The notes under the pieces were generated by a model. The model worked only from the letters and a program-made list of their open reading frames with translations, made no database searches and was not told the DNA's origin. Made by a program: the position numbers and the translations under genes. Of a DNA stretch of 64,000 nucleotides, positions 24,509 through 37,575 are shown in pieces. Each line of letters begins with the position of its first letter. Position 1 is the stretch's first letter. The stretch covers positions 26,846,001 through 26,910,000 of the forward strand of contig NC_043007.1 of assembly GCF_006345805.1 (NCBI RefSeq), given 5' to 3'. This DNA comes from Octopus sinensis (Eukaryota).

Positions 24509-26130
24509 ATTAATGCTTATCCTTCATCCTATCTCACATATGTGACTCAGCTTCTTGCCCGTCTACTTCACGCGTAGCCAGTTCATTCGTTCATATCATG
24601 TGGAACACTTGTCGCTGCAACCGATGGAATGCCAGGCCAATACTGGCGCGTCTTAATCGCTAACATTTCCATATTTAAGATGGTCACCACTTCTAATTTA
24701 TAAGGTGATTCCAGATCTTGAATCAAATTCACTGTCGTCACTACTACGAGCAAGAAATGCTGTTGAAATATAGAAGTTCTTGTTAGGAATATGAAATAAG
24801 CAATTCCAAGGTCAGAAATATTCTTATACGTTGAATATTAATAGCAATAACGATTGTTGCCGCAGTAACAATTGTATTGAAGGAATCAGACATTTTCTAT
24901 CAGAAGCGTAGTCAATCATATCCACACCAGTTATTAGCTGCTATTTTATTTCACCATGTCAGGATTTAGATACAGAACGAAAGGAGTCGTAACTAGTTAT
25001 CATTTTGTCCAATATTCTAGCAATCTTTCCCAAGACGTGCCAGTATCATAGCTATGGAATTGGATTAGATGTTTAAGTTTTGCTACGAAGGGAAATGATC
25101 ATACAAGCGAGTTAGCTTAATTGAGATCTCAATTTAACAAATCCGAGGACAGAACAGGCAAATTCGACATTGGCGGTATCTGAAAGGAAAAACAATGAAA
25201 AAATATATATCAGACTGTTTTTCTGTTTTAAAAATAGTTTTCCAATCCAATACTGTTAATGAAAATAATATTACCGCTCAATTTCGTGTTAATTTTCATG
25301 AAAACAAATCGATTATAAATTAACTAGTCTACCCACGAATATTAAACCAATTGCGTATGCTACTAAATATTTAATTAACAATATAAAAACACTGAAATTA
25401 TCAATATGGTAAGCTAATACGCAAGATGCGAATAAATGTGTTTGAGTAAAATCAAACTGATATAATCCAATCGAAATTCATTCAGCAAAATGGCGACTTT
25501 GCATCACTGTAGTACATCAGTACTTATATATTAGACATTTTCTTGTAATTATAACAAAGAAAATATACAAGACACATGTAACGTAGGGGGCGCAGGGACC
25601 GGGGGAGGCTGAGTGACAGACTGATAGACCGTTTGATTGATTAGATACACCGTTAGATATTGTGTCTTGTCATGTATCATGTCAGCATATATTTAAATAT
25701 ATATAATAACATTCAAGAATTCTACGCGCTCTAATCTGATTATATTTATAGAAATATGTCAGTATAATTCAAGATAATTCCTCCATCACACACACCGCGC
25801 ATACACGCACACACACACCCACGCATACACGCATACACGCACGTACCCATGCATACATACAAACATGCACATAATATAAATACGCGTTCATATGCACATA
25901 CATAATAAGATATATAAACATTAGTGAACACACACACATGTATATGTGTGCGTGTGCATGTGTGCGTATATGTGTATTTGTGTGCATATATATATCATAT
26001 ATATATACACCTAGACATAAACACATACATATATAGCATATATACACATACCTATACGTATATATATACATATATATAAATGTTTGTACATGTACGTGCA
26101 CACGCTTAATATGCATATATTATATATATA

Positions 26131-26162
<32 letters not shown>

Positions 26163-26182
26163 TATGTATGTATATATAATTG

Positions 26183-26213
<31 letters not shown>

Positions 26214-26743
26214 GTATCATACATGCAACGCATATACACCTAAGCATATACACACAAACGATAGCCATGATTCGAGGTGTGTGTACGTGTAATCACGTAA
26301 GTGTATATGTTTCGCTGTGTCTCCATATTTTGTATATAAACCTATTTCAATATAAGTATATTTCTAATGCAAGCGTTATTGTTATTATTATTATTATTAT
26401 TTTATTTATTTTTGTATTTTTTGCAATCAAATTAAAGCATAGGTAAACGCACTATTTTTAATTTCAGATAATATACTTCGTTTTTGATTTCCTACCCTTT
26501 ATTGTTCTTTTCAAATATTCTCTGTTTTTCATAGCTGGAAGCATTGAAATTTTTTACTAAACTCGTTCGAACTATGAAAGCTTGTAAATGTGATTGTATA
26601 ACGTGATGTCCTTGTCTTGTCGCTCACAATAAATTGCCACACAATATCACCAATTAGCTCTGTAGGTATCTAACCACTCGTATGTTGCACATGCGGCTGT
26701 GTATGTGCATATGCAGACTTGCATTCTTAGGATGTGTAACTTG

Positions 26744-26787
<44 letters not shown>

Positions 26788-27811
26788 GGAAATATGTGCA
26801 TTTATACTTATACACAAGGCTGCACACAACACTGCACATGTATGCACAAACATACATTCACACATATAATATATAATATATATATATAATATATACATAT
26901 ACACACACACACACATACATACATATATATAATATATATATATATATATGTATATATATGTAATTCGTCCATCACACACAGAAACAAGCACACACACCAC
27001 ATTCGCTAGCTTTCTTACAAAGGGGTCTAACAGTCTTAGCTTATATTTTTGCGGGGTTAACCAGATCAAAAGATCTGAAGTGTAACTGTCTGAAATGGTT
27101 GTGACTCCTGGCACCTCACTGATGAAAGAAAGCCAAGAACGACCGTCTTTTTTTTCTTTTTTCCTATCCTTCTAATTGTTTCTCTTGTCCGCCTTTGTGT
27201 CATCTATCTGTCCGAACGTTTTACCCTAATTCCCTCTATTGCGTTTTGTCCCTTTATATATATATATATATAATATATATATATTATATATATATAGATA
27301 TATATATATATATATATTTATATAACATATATATATTTGTATATACATATTTATATATACATATATATATTTGTATGTGTTTGTGTCCCTCTTAATGTAT
27401 ACATACATACAAATATGTGGATATGTGCTGTGCGTTCAAGAAGAGTGAGTCGGAGAGTTGAAAATCCTCCATGTAACCTAAAATTTCGTAGATGATTTGT
27501 ATTTAAAACTATAATAGATATCATAAGGCTTTTTCCTGTATCTGTGCATAAAGGATTTTGTTTCTATGCGTCGTTGCGTAAATGTATGCAAAAGAAAAGA
27601 AAATTGTCTTCGTTTTTAATCTTGTAATTCAGTATATAAATATTAATGTCATGAACTTCTGAATGGCTTGTAAATCTGAACTGTTTTTTCTCATTCGGTA
27701 TATCTTTGCTGAAAGTTAATTCAACTTAAGTGACTCTAATTATATTTCACTGTCTCTACTTTATCATATCTGTATTCGGGATTAACAAGGAAACTATATT
27801 TGTGTGTGCGC

Positions 27812-28773
27812 ATCCGGTTCTTGACTGAAGACTGAGGGTTTCGAGTGTCCTGTCCGTGTTTATTGTGTCGTCTTCTAAGAGTTATACGTTCTTGTCCATG
27901 TTGTATTTTTCTACATACCTTAACATATATTCCAGGCGCCCCGTACCCACCTTATCATTAATGTGAGCACATATTCTTAATAATTGGTACGACTCTCTGT
28001 TTGTCTCTCTCTCCTCTCTCATTTTTACTTGATCTGTCCCCATCTCTCCTTTCTCTCTACTTATCCTCTTTTCTCTTCTCTTCTTTCCCTGATTTCTTTG
28101 GTCTAGTCTTCCACTACCCTCCTATTTCTTTGTCTCGCTCTGCACTCACAGGTCATTCTTCGACACCCATCCCTTCTCCTCTCTGATTCCTTCTTTCTCC
28201 TCTTCTCTCTCTTGTGCGTTTGTCCCTCCTCCTCTCTCTGCTCTTCCTTTGCTTCTCTTTCTTTTCTTTTCCCTCTTCTCTGTCACGTGACTGTTGGCCG
28301 AAATCTGCCTTTCAGCTCCTGACCCTCGTCGTGTTAACATCGTTGTTTTTCGTCCGCCGCTATAAAGGCTTCTTCCAATGCGCCAGAGAGAAAAAATTTG
28401 TTTGCTTGTTATCAGTCGTAAGACACTTGTTGTTTTCACCGTTAATGCTTCTGTATTTCATGTTTCTGTATTCCATTATTGTTTTTTGTTTTTTTTTTAT
28501 ATCTGTCCCTTTTGCTGTCCTGGTGTTCGTATGCATTCGATCCTTCTTCCAGGAAATCTACGCTTCCAGCTTAGTTTTTCTAATGCTCGTTGCTTAGTTT
28601 TTCTTGGAGGGCTGGCCGTGATCTAGTAATCTCAAGATTAATCAGCCGAAATTACTACGATGATCCGGTTCTTGACTGAAGACTGAGGGTTTCGAGTGTC
28701 CTGTCCGTGTTTATTGTGTCGTCTTCTAAGAGTTATACGTTCTTGTCCATGTTGTATTTTTTACATACCTTAA
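27812..28773 (+). mobile_element. Non-coding element with near-identical direct terminal repeats of about 111 bp (851-bp period)
   Basis: 27812-27923 and 28663-28773 differ by one base indel. The interior is pyrimidine-rich with no credible ORF, and there are no TG...CA ends. Confidence 0.75.
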
Positions 28774-29009
28774 TATATATATATATATATATATGGGTGC
28801 GTGTTTGTGTGCATGTATGTTTGTATGTGTACGTAAATATAGTTATGTATGTGTATTTATACACACATATAAATACACACATACACACATACATATACAT
28901 ATATATAATTACATGTATAGTAATGTATATATATACATATATATATATATATATGTGAATATATGTATGTATATATATTTACATATACACGTATTTATAT
29001 ACATATTTT

Positions 29010-30017
29010 AGCTATGCAGATGACACAAAAGTCTCCCACGCAATACAAAACCCTGAAAATATTGCGCATCTGCAACATGAGCTGGACACAATATACAGGT
29101 GGGCTGAGGACAACAACATGCAGTTTAATGCAGGTAAGTTCCAGGCCCTGCGCTACTGGCACACAAAGGTAAATGACGTGAAGACTGGATACACTGGCCC
29201 AGGAAGAATTGCAATCCCTGAGTCAAAATCAGTGCGTGACCTGGGCATTGACATGAGCAATGATGCATCTTTCCAAATGCATATTGCTAATCTGGTGATA
29301 AAATGCAGACGGCTAGCTGGATGGATTCTCCGAACTTTCAGAACAAGAGAGAAGGAGACACTGATGGTCCTATGGAAAACATTTGTCCTCAGCCGCTTGG
29401 ACTACTGCTCCCAACTTTGGTCACCACACAATATAAAACAAACAGCAGAACTCGAAGCAACTCAGAGAAGCTACACAAAGAAAATCGTCTCTCAATGCAA
29501 AATGTCAGCTACTGGGAAAGACTGAAGGTATTAAACCTCTTCTCCCTGGAGCCGAGGCGGGAGAGATATGCAGTGATATACATCTGGAAAATCCTGAGGG
29601 GTCTTGTCCCAAACTTTGGCATTCAAAGTTACTCCAACCGCAGACGAAGGGGCGCCGCTGCGTGGTGCAAGGATTCCAACATCACCATCAAAATATAGGT
29701 CCAGATACTGCAACAGCTGGGGTTTCAGAGGACCACAGCTCTTTAACATCCTCCCTAAATGCCTGAGAGACTTACCTGGTGTGGATGTGGGTTTCTTAAA
29801 ACTAAACTGGATCTCTTCTTGTTGGGAGTCCCAGATGAACCTACCTCACGACAGGAGACACGGATGCGGGCAGCAGCATCGAACTCCCTTGTTGATCAAG
29901 TGCCACGTATCAGAGGTGGATTCACAAACTAGTGTAGCTCATTCAGCGGTGGTGCCCCAGCATGGCCGCGGCCTTCGGGCTAAAACATTTTTAAGGATTT
30001 AAGGATTTAAGGATTTA
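29010..30017 (+). mobile_element. 5'-truncated CR1/L2-group LINE (RT C-terminus, 3' UTR, (TTTAAGGA)n tail)
   Basis: In frame from 29010: SYADDTK...WAEDNNMQFNAGK...VRDLGI...LSRLDYCSQLWSPH, then after a frameshift SYWERLKVLNLFSLEPRRER. Octamer-repeat tail. Confidence 0.92.
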
Positions 30018-30123
30018 TATGTAAATGCTGTATGTATTCTACGTAGATACGTATGTATGTATTTATATATATATGTCTGTGTGTGTGTGTATATATATAC
30101 GTATGTTGATATATATATATATA

Positions 30124-30300
30124 AGGCGCAGGAGTGGTTGTGTGATAAGTAGCTTGCTAACCAACCACAAGGTTCCGGGTTCAGTCCCACTGCGTGGCAT
30201 CTTGGGCAAGTGTCTTCTGCTATAGCCTCGGGCCGACCAATGCCTTGTGAGTGGATTTGGTAGACGGAAACTGAAAGAAGCCTGTCGTATATATGTATAT

Positions 30301-30333
<33 letters not shown>

Positions 30334-30558
30334 ATGTGTTTGTGTGTCTGTGTTTGTCCCCCTAGCATTGCCTGACAACCGATACTGGTGTGTTTACGTC
30401 CCCGTCACATAGCGGTTCGGCAAAAGAGACCGATAGAATAAGTACTGGGCTTACAAAGAATAAGTCCCGGGGTCGATCTGCTCGACTAAAGGCGGTGTTC
30501 TCCAGCATGGCTGCAGTCAAATGACTAAAACAAGTAAAAGAGTAAAAGAGTAAAAGAA
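30124..30558 (+). mobile_element. SINE family B, full length
   Basis: AGGCGCAGGAGTGGTTGTGTG head, GGTTCAGTCCC B-box, CTTGGGCAAGTGTCTTCT CORE-like segment, internal microsatellite, tail ending (GTAAAAGA)n. Confidence 0.9.
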
Positions 30559-30578
30559 TATATATATATATGTGTGTG

Positions 30579-30659
<81 letters not shown>

Positions 30660-30837
30660 TAATAATATATTATTATTAATATCTGGAAATCAACATCAAA
30701 ATAACTCCTCAGAAAGATATTCACTTGTGAAAAATAATCGTTGTTTTAAAAATATATAAATACGTATAAAAGATATATGTAAATATGTATAATTATAAAT
30801 ATATAATATATATGACGGGCAATTCATATACAAGATA

Positions 30838-31740
30838 TGGACGTGCTCATTCCTCGTCAGTGATCGTCGAAAATGCATTTCAGTGTCACGCCCTGAATCG
30901 TGTTCATTTTCGGTGGCGTCAACAGCGAAAATCTGCAGGGAAGTCTCAGTGAAAGTCGGGAACAGTGACGGAAAGAAACCCGTCACAGGTATTGGGTACG
31001 AATATATATATCTATACAAACGAAATAAGATACACATTATACATACAAAATAACGAGCGTAGGGATCTGAGACAAGGATTGAACAAGATGCGTATAAGTA
31101 AAGCAGCGAAAATGTCCTATGGGATTGGAAACGAAATGGGCACAGGTGAAATGATGGAATGAAATGTCAAAGAAAAACAGACGATAAAAAACGCAAAACC
31201 TTTGCGTAATGTGGACTAGGAAGTTAGGGTTAGGGTTAGGGTTAGGGCTAGGGTTGAGAGGCTTGACAGGACAAAGAAGTGCAGACACAGGAAGTTGGAA
31301 AGATATATGAGAATGGTCACGGGTCAAATGGTAGTGATAAAAATGTGTTGGTTGGTAGAGAGACAGGAAGCAATAGATAGGTAAGTTGGTGAGAGAGCGA
31401 AAGGGAGAAAAGAAAAGAAAAGAAAAGAGGAATGAACCATGTTCAAACAAACAATTACAGGTGTATGAGGTGATGATATGAAAGATCCGTAGCATTAAAT
31501 TAAATAATGAATTTCGAAAGTTAAACACCACAAGACAAACACGGACGAACGCAACATTGACACGCAAGACATGTACATGCTCATTTCTCGTCAGTTATCG
31601 TCCATAAAAAAATCTTACGATTTCACGCCTTTAACGATAATATTGTTCATAATTCGGTAGCGTCAACAGCGAAAAGGGCCTGGGAATATGAGAAAACGTT
31701 GAGGAAAGGGACGAAAACAAGCACGTCACAGGAACGAACA
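30838..31740 (-). mobile_element. Older non-coding element with diverged direct repeats (period about 735 bp)
   Basis: TGCTCATT(C/T)CTCGTCAGT...GCGTCAACAGCGAAAA...CGTCACAGG occurs at about 30844-30990 and 31578-31732. A related segment lies at about 35390-35535. Confidence 0.6.
31224..31255 (+). repeat. Short interstitial (TTAGGG)n
   Basis: Four perfect TTAGGG followed by CTAGGG. Confidence 0.9.
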
Positions 31741-31775
31741 TACAAGCATATATAAGGACACACACACGCATACGA

Positions 31776-31816
<41 letters not shown>

Positions 31817-31879
31817 TATATATATACATATATATGTATATATATATATGTCTGTGTGTGTGTGTGTGTGTACTATTAT

Positions 31880-32283
31880 TCTTTTATTTGTTTCAGTCAT
31901 TTGACTACGGCCATGTTGTAGCAACCACCTTTTAGTCGAACAAATCGACCTCAGGACTTATTCTTTGTAAGCCTAGTACTTACTCTATCGGTCTCCTTTT
32001 GCTGAACCGCGAATTTACGGGGCGTAAACACACCAGCATCGGCTGTGAAGCGATGTTGGGCGGGGGGACAAACACAGACACACAAACACACACAGACACA
32101 TATATTTATATATATATATATATATATATACATATATATGACGGGCTTCTTTCCGTTTCCGTCTACCAACTCCAACACACAAGGCTTTGATCGGCTCCGG
32201 GCTGTAGTAGAAAACACTTGCCCAAGGTGCGACTGAACCATGTGGTTAGTAAGCAAGCTACTTACCACAAAACCACCACTCCG
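31880..32283 (-). mobile_element. SINE family B, near full length
   Basis: Reverse complement match to 30124-30558 with a small deletion in the head. Confidence 0.88.
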
Positions 32284-33104
32284 TATATATATACATTTAT
32301 GTATAAATATTAATATATTGAAATACATGCATAGAATATTGCGTATATATTATGTAAATATATATTACGTCAATTTTGATATATGTGTGCGTGTGGTGTG
32401 TATGTGTGTATGTATTTTTCTGTATGTAGATACGGATACACGCATTTGTGCATACATATATATACGTTCTTACAATTTGATTTGTTTGCGTTATGGCATA
32501 CCGCTCCTCGAACGTTCGAAGCACAGCAAACAAAATTAAGCATCTAATTTAAAATTTTCAAAAAAAAATTGGCAGTTATACAATGCAGAAATATTGAAAT
32601 AACTGAAAATATGTAGAAAGTAATTCTTTGAACTTTGTACAGTAATAAAACATTGTGAATATAATGCCATAAATATACGTGTGTGTGTGTGTATGTGTGT
32701 CTGTGTGTGTGTGTTTATATATGATTACTGACATAGAATTCCTACAAACTTGTCTCTTAGTTTGAATATAAATATGTGATGACTCGTTACGAACCCCTAT
32801 TTTTGAATAGAATATTATATTTGAGGCGTTTCAAATACCGAAGAGAAACGGAGCATGACGGAAGGTCAACAGCAGATCTGTTATGAGTCAAGACACGAAA
32901 AAAATTCTGTCACTTCACCCTCATCACGTGACACCTCCGTTGACACAACGTGTCTCACACGCATGCGTTCGCAATCTACGATTTGGCTGAGAGGAAATCT
33001 GCGTTAAAAAGCATGGTGAGTTCTGGAACAGTTCTTAAGAATTATGTACGTTAACTTACAGATCTCTCGCAACATGCATAATACCTCGTATATAAAATGA
33101 ATTA

Positions 33105-33204
33105 NNNNNNNNNNNNNNNNNNNNNNNNNNNNNNNNNNNNNNNNNNNNNNNNNNNNNNNNNNNNNNNNNNNNNNNNNNNNNNNNNNNNNNNNNNNNNNNN
33201 NNNN
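33105..33204. other. Assembly gap (100 N)
   Basis: Run of N; contiguity across it is not guaranteed. Confidence 1.
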
Positions 33205-33598
33205 ACGATGATAATAATGAGGATGATCATGATGATGATGAGGGCGGAGAATGATGGCGATGATGACGTTGATGATCATGATGATGATGGTGATGATGAT
33301 GAAGATGATGATGGTAATGATAATTGTGTTGATGATGATGATGTTGATGATGATGGGCTGATGCTGATAATGATGATGAGGATGATGATGATGAGGAGGA
33401 GGAGAAAGAAGGGGATGATGATGAATCTGATGAAGATGGTGATGATGGCGATCTTTCAAAACACAGAACAATAGATTGAAAGAGGTTAGAAGAGGTTAGA
33501 AGAAGAATTAGAAGACGAAGAAAAAGAAGTTGATACAAACGAATAACTACTGAAACGAAAAATCAAATACAGGAGAAAGAGAGCAGCAGCAGCAGCAG

Positions 33599-33632
<34 letters not shown>

Positions 33633-34160
33633 TAGTAGTAGTAATAGTAGTAGTAGTAGTAGTTGTTGTTGTTGTTGTAGAAGAAGGAGGAAGAGGAGGG
33701 GAAGAAGAAGATGGCGAAATAGAAGAAAAAGGAGGAGAAGGAGGAGGAAGAAGAAGAAGAACAAGGAGGAGGACGATAAGAAGGAGAAGGAGGTGATGCA
33801 GAAGGGGAAGGAGAGGAGGAGTAGGAGAATAACAAGAAGAAGAAGAGAAAGAATAAAACGAAGGGGGAGAAGAAGGAGGCAAAGGAGAAGGAGAAAGAAA
33901 AGAAGAACAACAAGGGAGGGGACGAGGAGGAGGAGGAGAAAAGAATGAGAAAAACAAGAACAACAACAAGGAGAAGAAGAAGATAAAGAAGAAAAAGGAG
34001 AAGAAGATAAAGAAGATAAAGAAGAAGAAGAAGAAGAAGAAAAAGAAGTAGAAGAAGAAGAAATGAGATCTAGGAAAAATGAAACGTCATGATCTTTATG
34101 GTAGTGATGTTGCTTCTGACGACGAGGACGGAGGAGGACGAGGAGGGGGAGGAGGAGAGG
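33205..34160. repeat. Purine-rich compound trinucleotide array (GAT/GAA/GAG/CAG/TAG)
   Basis: Read directly from the sequence. Confidence 0.9.
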
Positions 34161-34715
34161 TGTGTTATATTGTTGTGTGTTATAGTGTTGATGTTATAGC
34201 TGTCATAACGACGCACATTGTTAATATAACAAAGATGGTGATATACTAATGTTTATGAATAACATAATAACATAATAACTAAATAATCTGTCGGCGTTTA
34301 AATCTATTTTGAAATAATTGTGTACAATATATCATATCCTTTATTACCTTGTCAAGACAATTATCCAAAGTTCTGCAATTAAATATCTCACTTGATATAA
34401 CATAGATCTCACTGTGACATATACTTTGATAATATAATCCTTGAAAGACACAGAAATATAGCAAATCACACAAATGTTTATAGAGACGTTAATTTATTCA
34501 TGAATATCTAAACAGAAATAATATATGAACTTACACGCAAACTGTCATACAGAAAAATCATGCTCAAACATACACATATATTGTTTTATTTACGCATAAT
34601 TCCTATATCGCGATACGAGGTGCATGCATTGTGATCGCTGCAGCATGAAACTGGAGACGAAAGAAACGCGGGTATTGAATACTTCTGCATTCACTGAGAA
34701 AATAAAACGCTCGGA

Positions 34716-34786
<71 letters not shown>

Positions 34787-34795
34787 TATCTACTA

Positions 34796-34845
<50 letters not shown>

Positions 34846-36674
34846 ATATGTAAATAATATATAATATAATATATATATGAATACATGGATTTGTGGGTAC
34901 AGACCTCACAAACAGTGCATATAGCATGAGATACGTAAACAAACGAGGAGAAAACGAGTGAAATATGTAAACAATGGGAAAAAGTGGAAAGCAGGATAGG
35001 TTAACAAGAAAAATGATCCGTTATCAGTTGTCAGCTGTCTAAATTTAGGATTTATGGTGGGGGTGGGGAGGGTTAAACTTGGGAACAAAAAATTACAATT
35101 GAAACATAAAAGGAAACCGAACGAAAACAAACGTGGAGGGTCGTTGGACAAGATCGAGTGGAAAATTATGAATGCTGGGAGAAAAGACAGAAGAGAGAGA
35201 GAGAGAAAACGTTTAACGTCCGTCCTGGAAAAGTAAGACGGACGATGGTCACGTGTGAGCAATGAGAGAGAGAGAGGAAAAAGAGAGAAGATATATATAT
35301 ATATATATATATACATATATACATATGTATAAAATTAAACAAAGCATAACAAACGGAAATATTACAAAAACATAGCAAACAGAAAATTTGTAGCTTATTT
35401 CTCATCGGTCAACGTCCAAATGATCATTACAATGTTGTGCCTTTAACGTAAATATTATTCACCTTTTGTGGCGTCAGTATTGAAAAGCCACAGGGAATAG
35501 TTAAGGAATGTACAGGACACTGACGAAAACAAACACTACCAAAAAAACACATAGATATACCAGTAATAAATCTGTGCGGCCGAAAGACAGAATGCGTTTA
35601 TATCTATGCATATAAATGTGTATATATGTATGTATGGGCAAAATGTTTATGATATTTATATCTATCGAGACAGGAATGTTGTGAGTCCTGTGTGTCATGT
35701 TGTTTTAATGTTGTGCGTGTCCTTTGGCTACCAAATTCAAATGAAATGAAATGTAGTTGGAAACACCATGGGTTCCCGTTTACGACTTGCCTTAAGTGCT
35801 GAGCTCATTATCATATCACTGGTCGCACACTGAGCTCATAACAAAACAGAAATCAAAAATGGTGAACGGAGAAAATGAGATACCACGGAGATAATATTTG
35901 TAACAATGGCTTTTGTTTTATTACAGTCATTGTTGTAATACAATCGTTCAATTAAAATTAATTGTTGCCGTGTAAAAAAAACAAGAAATGAAAACAAAAA
36001 AACACGGTTTACACTCTCCTAATTAATGTTTTCTGTACAGCATAGCATATCAATATGAGAAATATTTTTTAATTATACAACTATAATTACTATTTGTAAA
36101 AAGTCAAAGCATATATTTCTGTAAAATAACTACGTTTTAACCATAATGGTTTTGAGAAGAGAAAAAAACTTAACAATGCAAAATCGTTTAAGAGTATTTT
36201 AAAAACATTTCTCTCGAAACAGGTGAAGGGTAAGGCTGTGTGATTGCCGAGCTCGGTTTGCAATTGCAGTCTCTCTGCGTTCAGTCTCTCTGCGTTCAGT
36301 CTCTCTTCGGGCGAGTGATTTCTGCTATGGCTCCAGGTCTATCAAAGCCTACCGAGTGAATTTAGGAGTGAATTTCGTAGTTGATATGTATACCTTCCCA
36401 ATTGGAAGAATACTTTTGTGGCTTAATTCTTGTTTTACAGGTTGGGCTATCAAAGAAAGTTAAGAACATGATTCATAATCCTGATTTACTAACTTTCAAA
36501 ACTGCTAATAGTAACCTGAATAACAACAAAAAAAGGCAAGATTTCTCAGAAATTGAGCTCTACTTTTGACTCACTCTGTATGTATGTATGTATGTATGTA
36601 TGTATGTATGTATGTAGTGTATGTATGTTATATGTTATGTATGTATGTATGTATGTATATATATAATATAAAAT

Positions 36675-36848
36675 GGGACAAGAACGCCAAACATCCAGAG
36701 AGGTGATACAAAAAATGAACAACAAAACATCCAGATAGACGATACAAAGAAAACAAGGACAGGTCATTCAGAGTTTGCTTTCCTCAGTCGAGTTCCATCT
36801 TTGTAATTTCGGCTGGTTATACTCGATATTGCTCCAATCTGGCCAATC
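36675..36848 (-). mobile_element. Terminal fragment related to the 27812-28773 element
   Basis: Reverse strand TGGCC...GCAATATCGAGTATAACCAGCCGAAATTAC...GACTGAGGA...CCTGTCC...TCGTCT...CGTTCTTGTCC parallels 28610-28750. Confidence 0.55.
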
Positions 36849-36952
36849 AGGACACATACAGGCAGACTAACACATTCACAGACATATGTATAACATGCAA
36901 GAGAAAATTTCTATTGGCACACAATTACACACATACACACATACACACACGA

Positions 36953-37005
<53 letters not shown>

Positions 37006-37381
37006 CCAAAACATTTTCTCGTATATTGTATCGAGATTATTTTGCCCCGATGGCTGTTGTAATTTCGGCGCGAAACGAATCAGTTGCAGCACAGACTTCG
37101 AAGCGATGGTTTGGGAGTCTCTAATCATGGTAACCGCGTGCTGAAGACGCTAAGGTTTATTTTACCAATGCAGAAATCGGTCCACGTGAGTCCAAATACT
37201 TAAATGTATGTTGGTAGATTGCCTTAACCTGATTTTTGCCTTCGTTTGATTTCTGTAGTTTTCATCAGTGTATTTTGGGCGATTTAATAAGAGTTTTGAC
37301 TGTTATTTCAAGCAGGTAGACATACTTAGTATATCCTTTGATTGATTTTAATATATATCTATATCTATATATATATATATA

Positions 37382-37575
37382 TATAAACAATTCATAAATA
37401 AGGGCAAACGAAAAAATTCCTAATGCCAAATATGCCGAAAAATTGGACATATTGTCCATTAACCATATAATTTTATATGAAAAAAATTATATGGTTAATG
37501 GACAATATGTCCAATTTTTCGGCATATTTGGCATTAGAAATTTTTTCGCTTGCCCTTATTTATGAATTGTTTATA
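37382..37575. repeat. Near-perfect palindrome, 93-bp arms, 8-nt spacer
   Basis: 37382-37474 versus the reverse complement of 37483-37575: two mismatches seen. Confidence 0.95.

Noticed and set aside
27812-28773. LTR retrotransposon or TRIM interpretation
   Set aside because: The repeats lack TG...CA termini, and I saw no PBS, PPT or short TSD; kept as a partial-tandem element instead.
33004-33474. ORFs spanning the N run
   Set aside because: They cross an assembly gap and low-complexity GAT repeats.
36267-36307. 15-bp tandem repeat CAGTCTCTCTGCGTT
   Set aside because: Local slippage within a decayed SINE-B head; no further significance evident.
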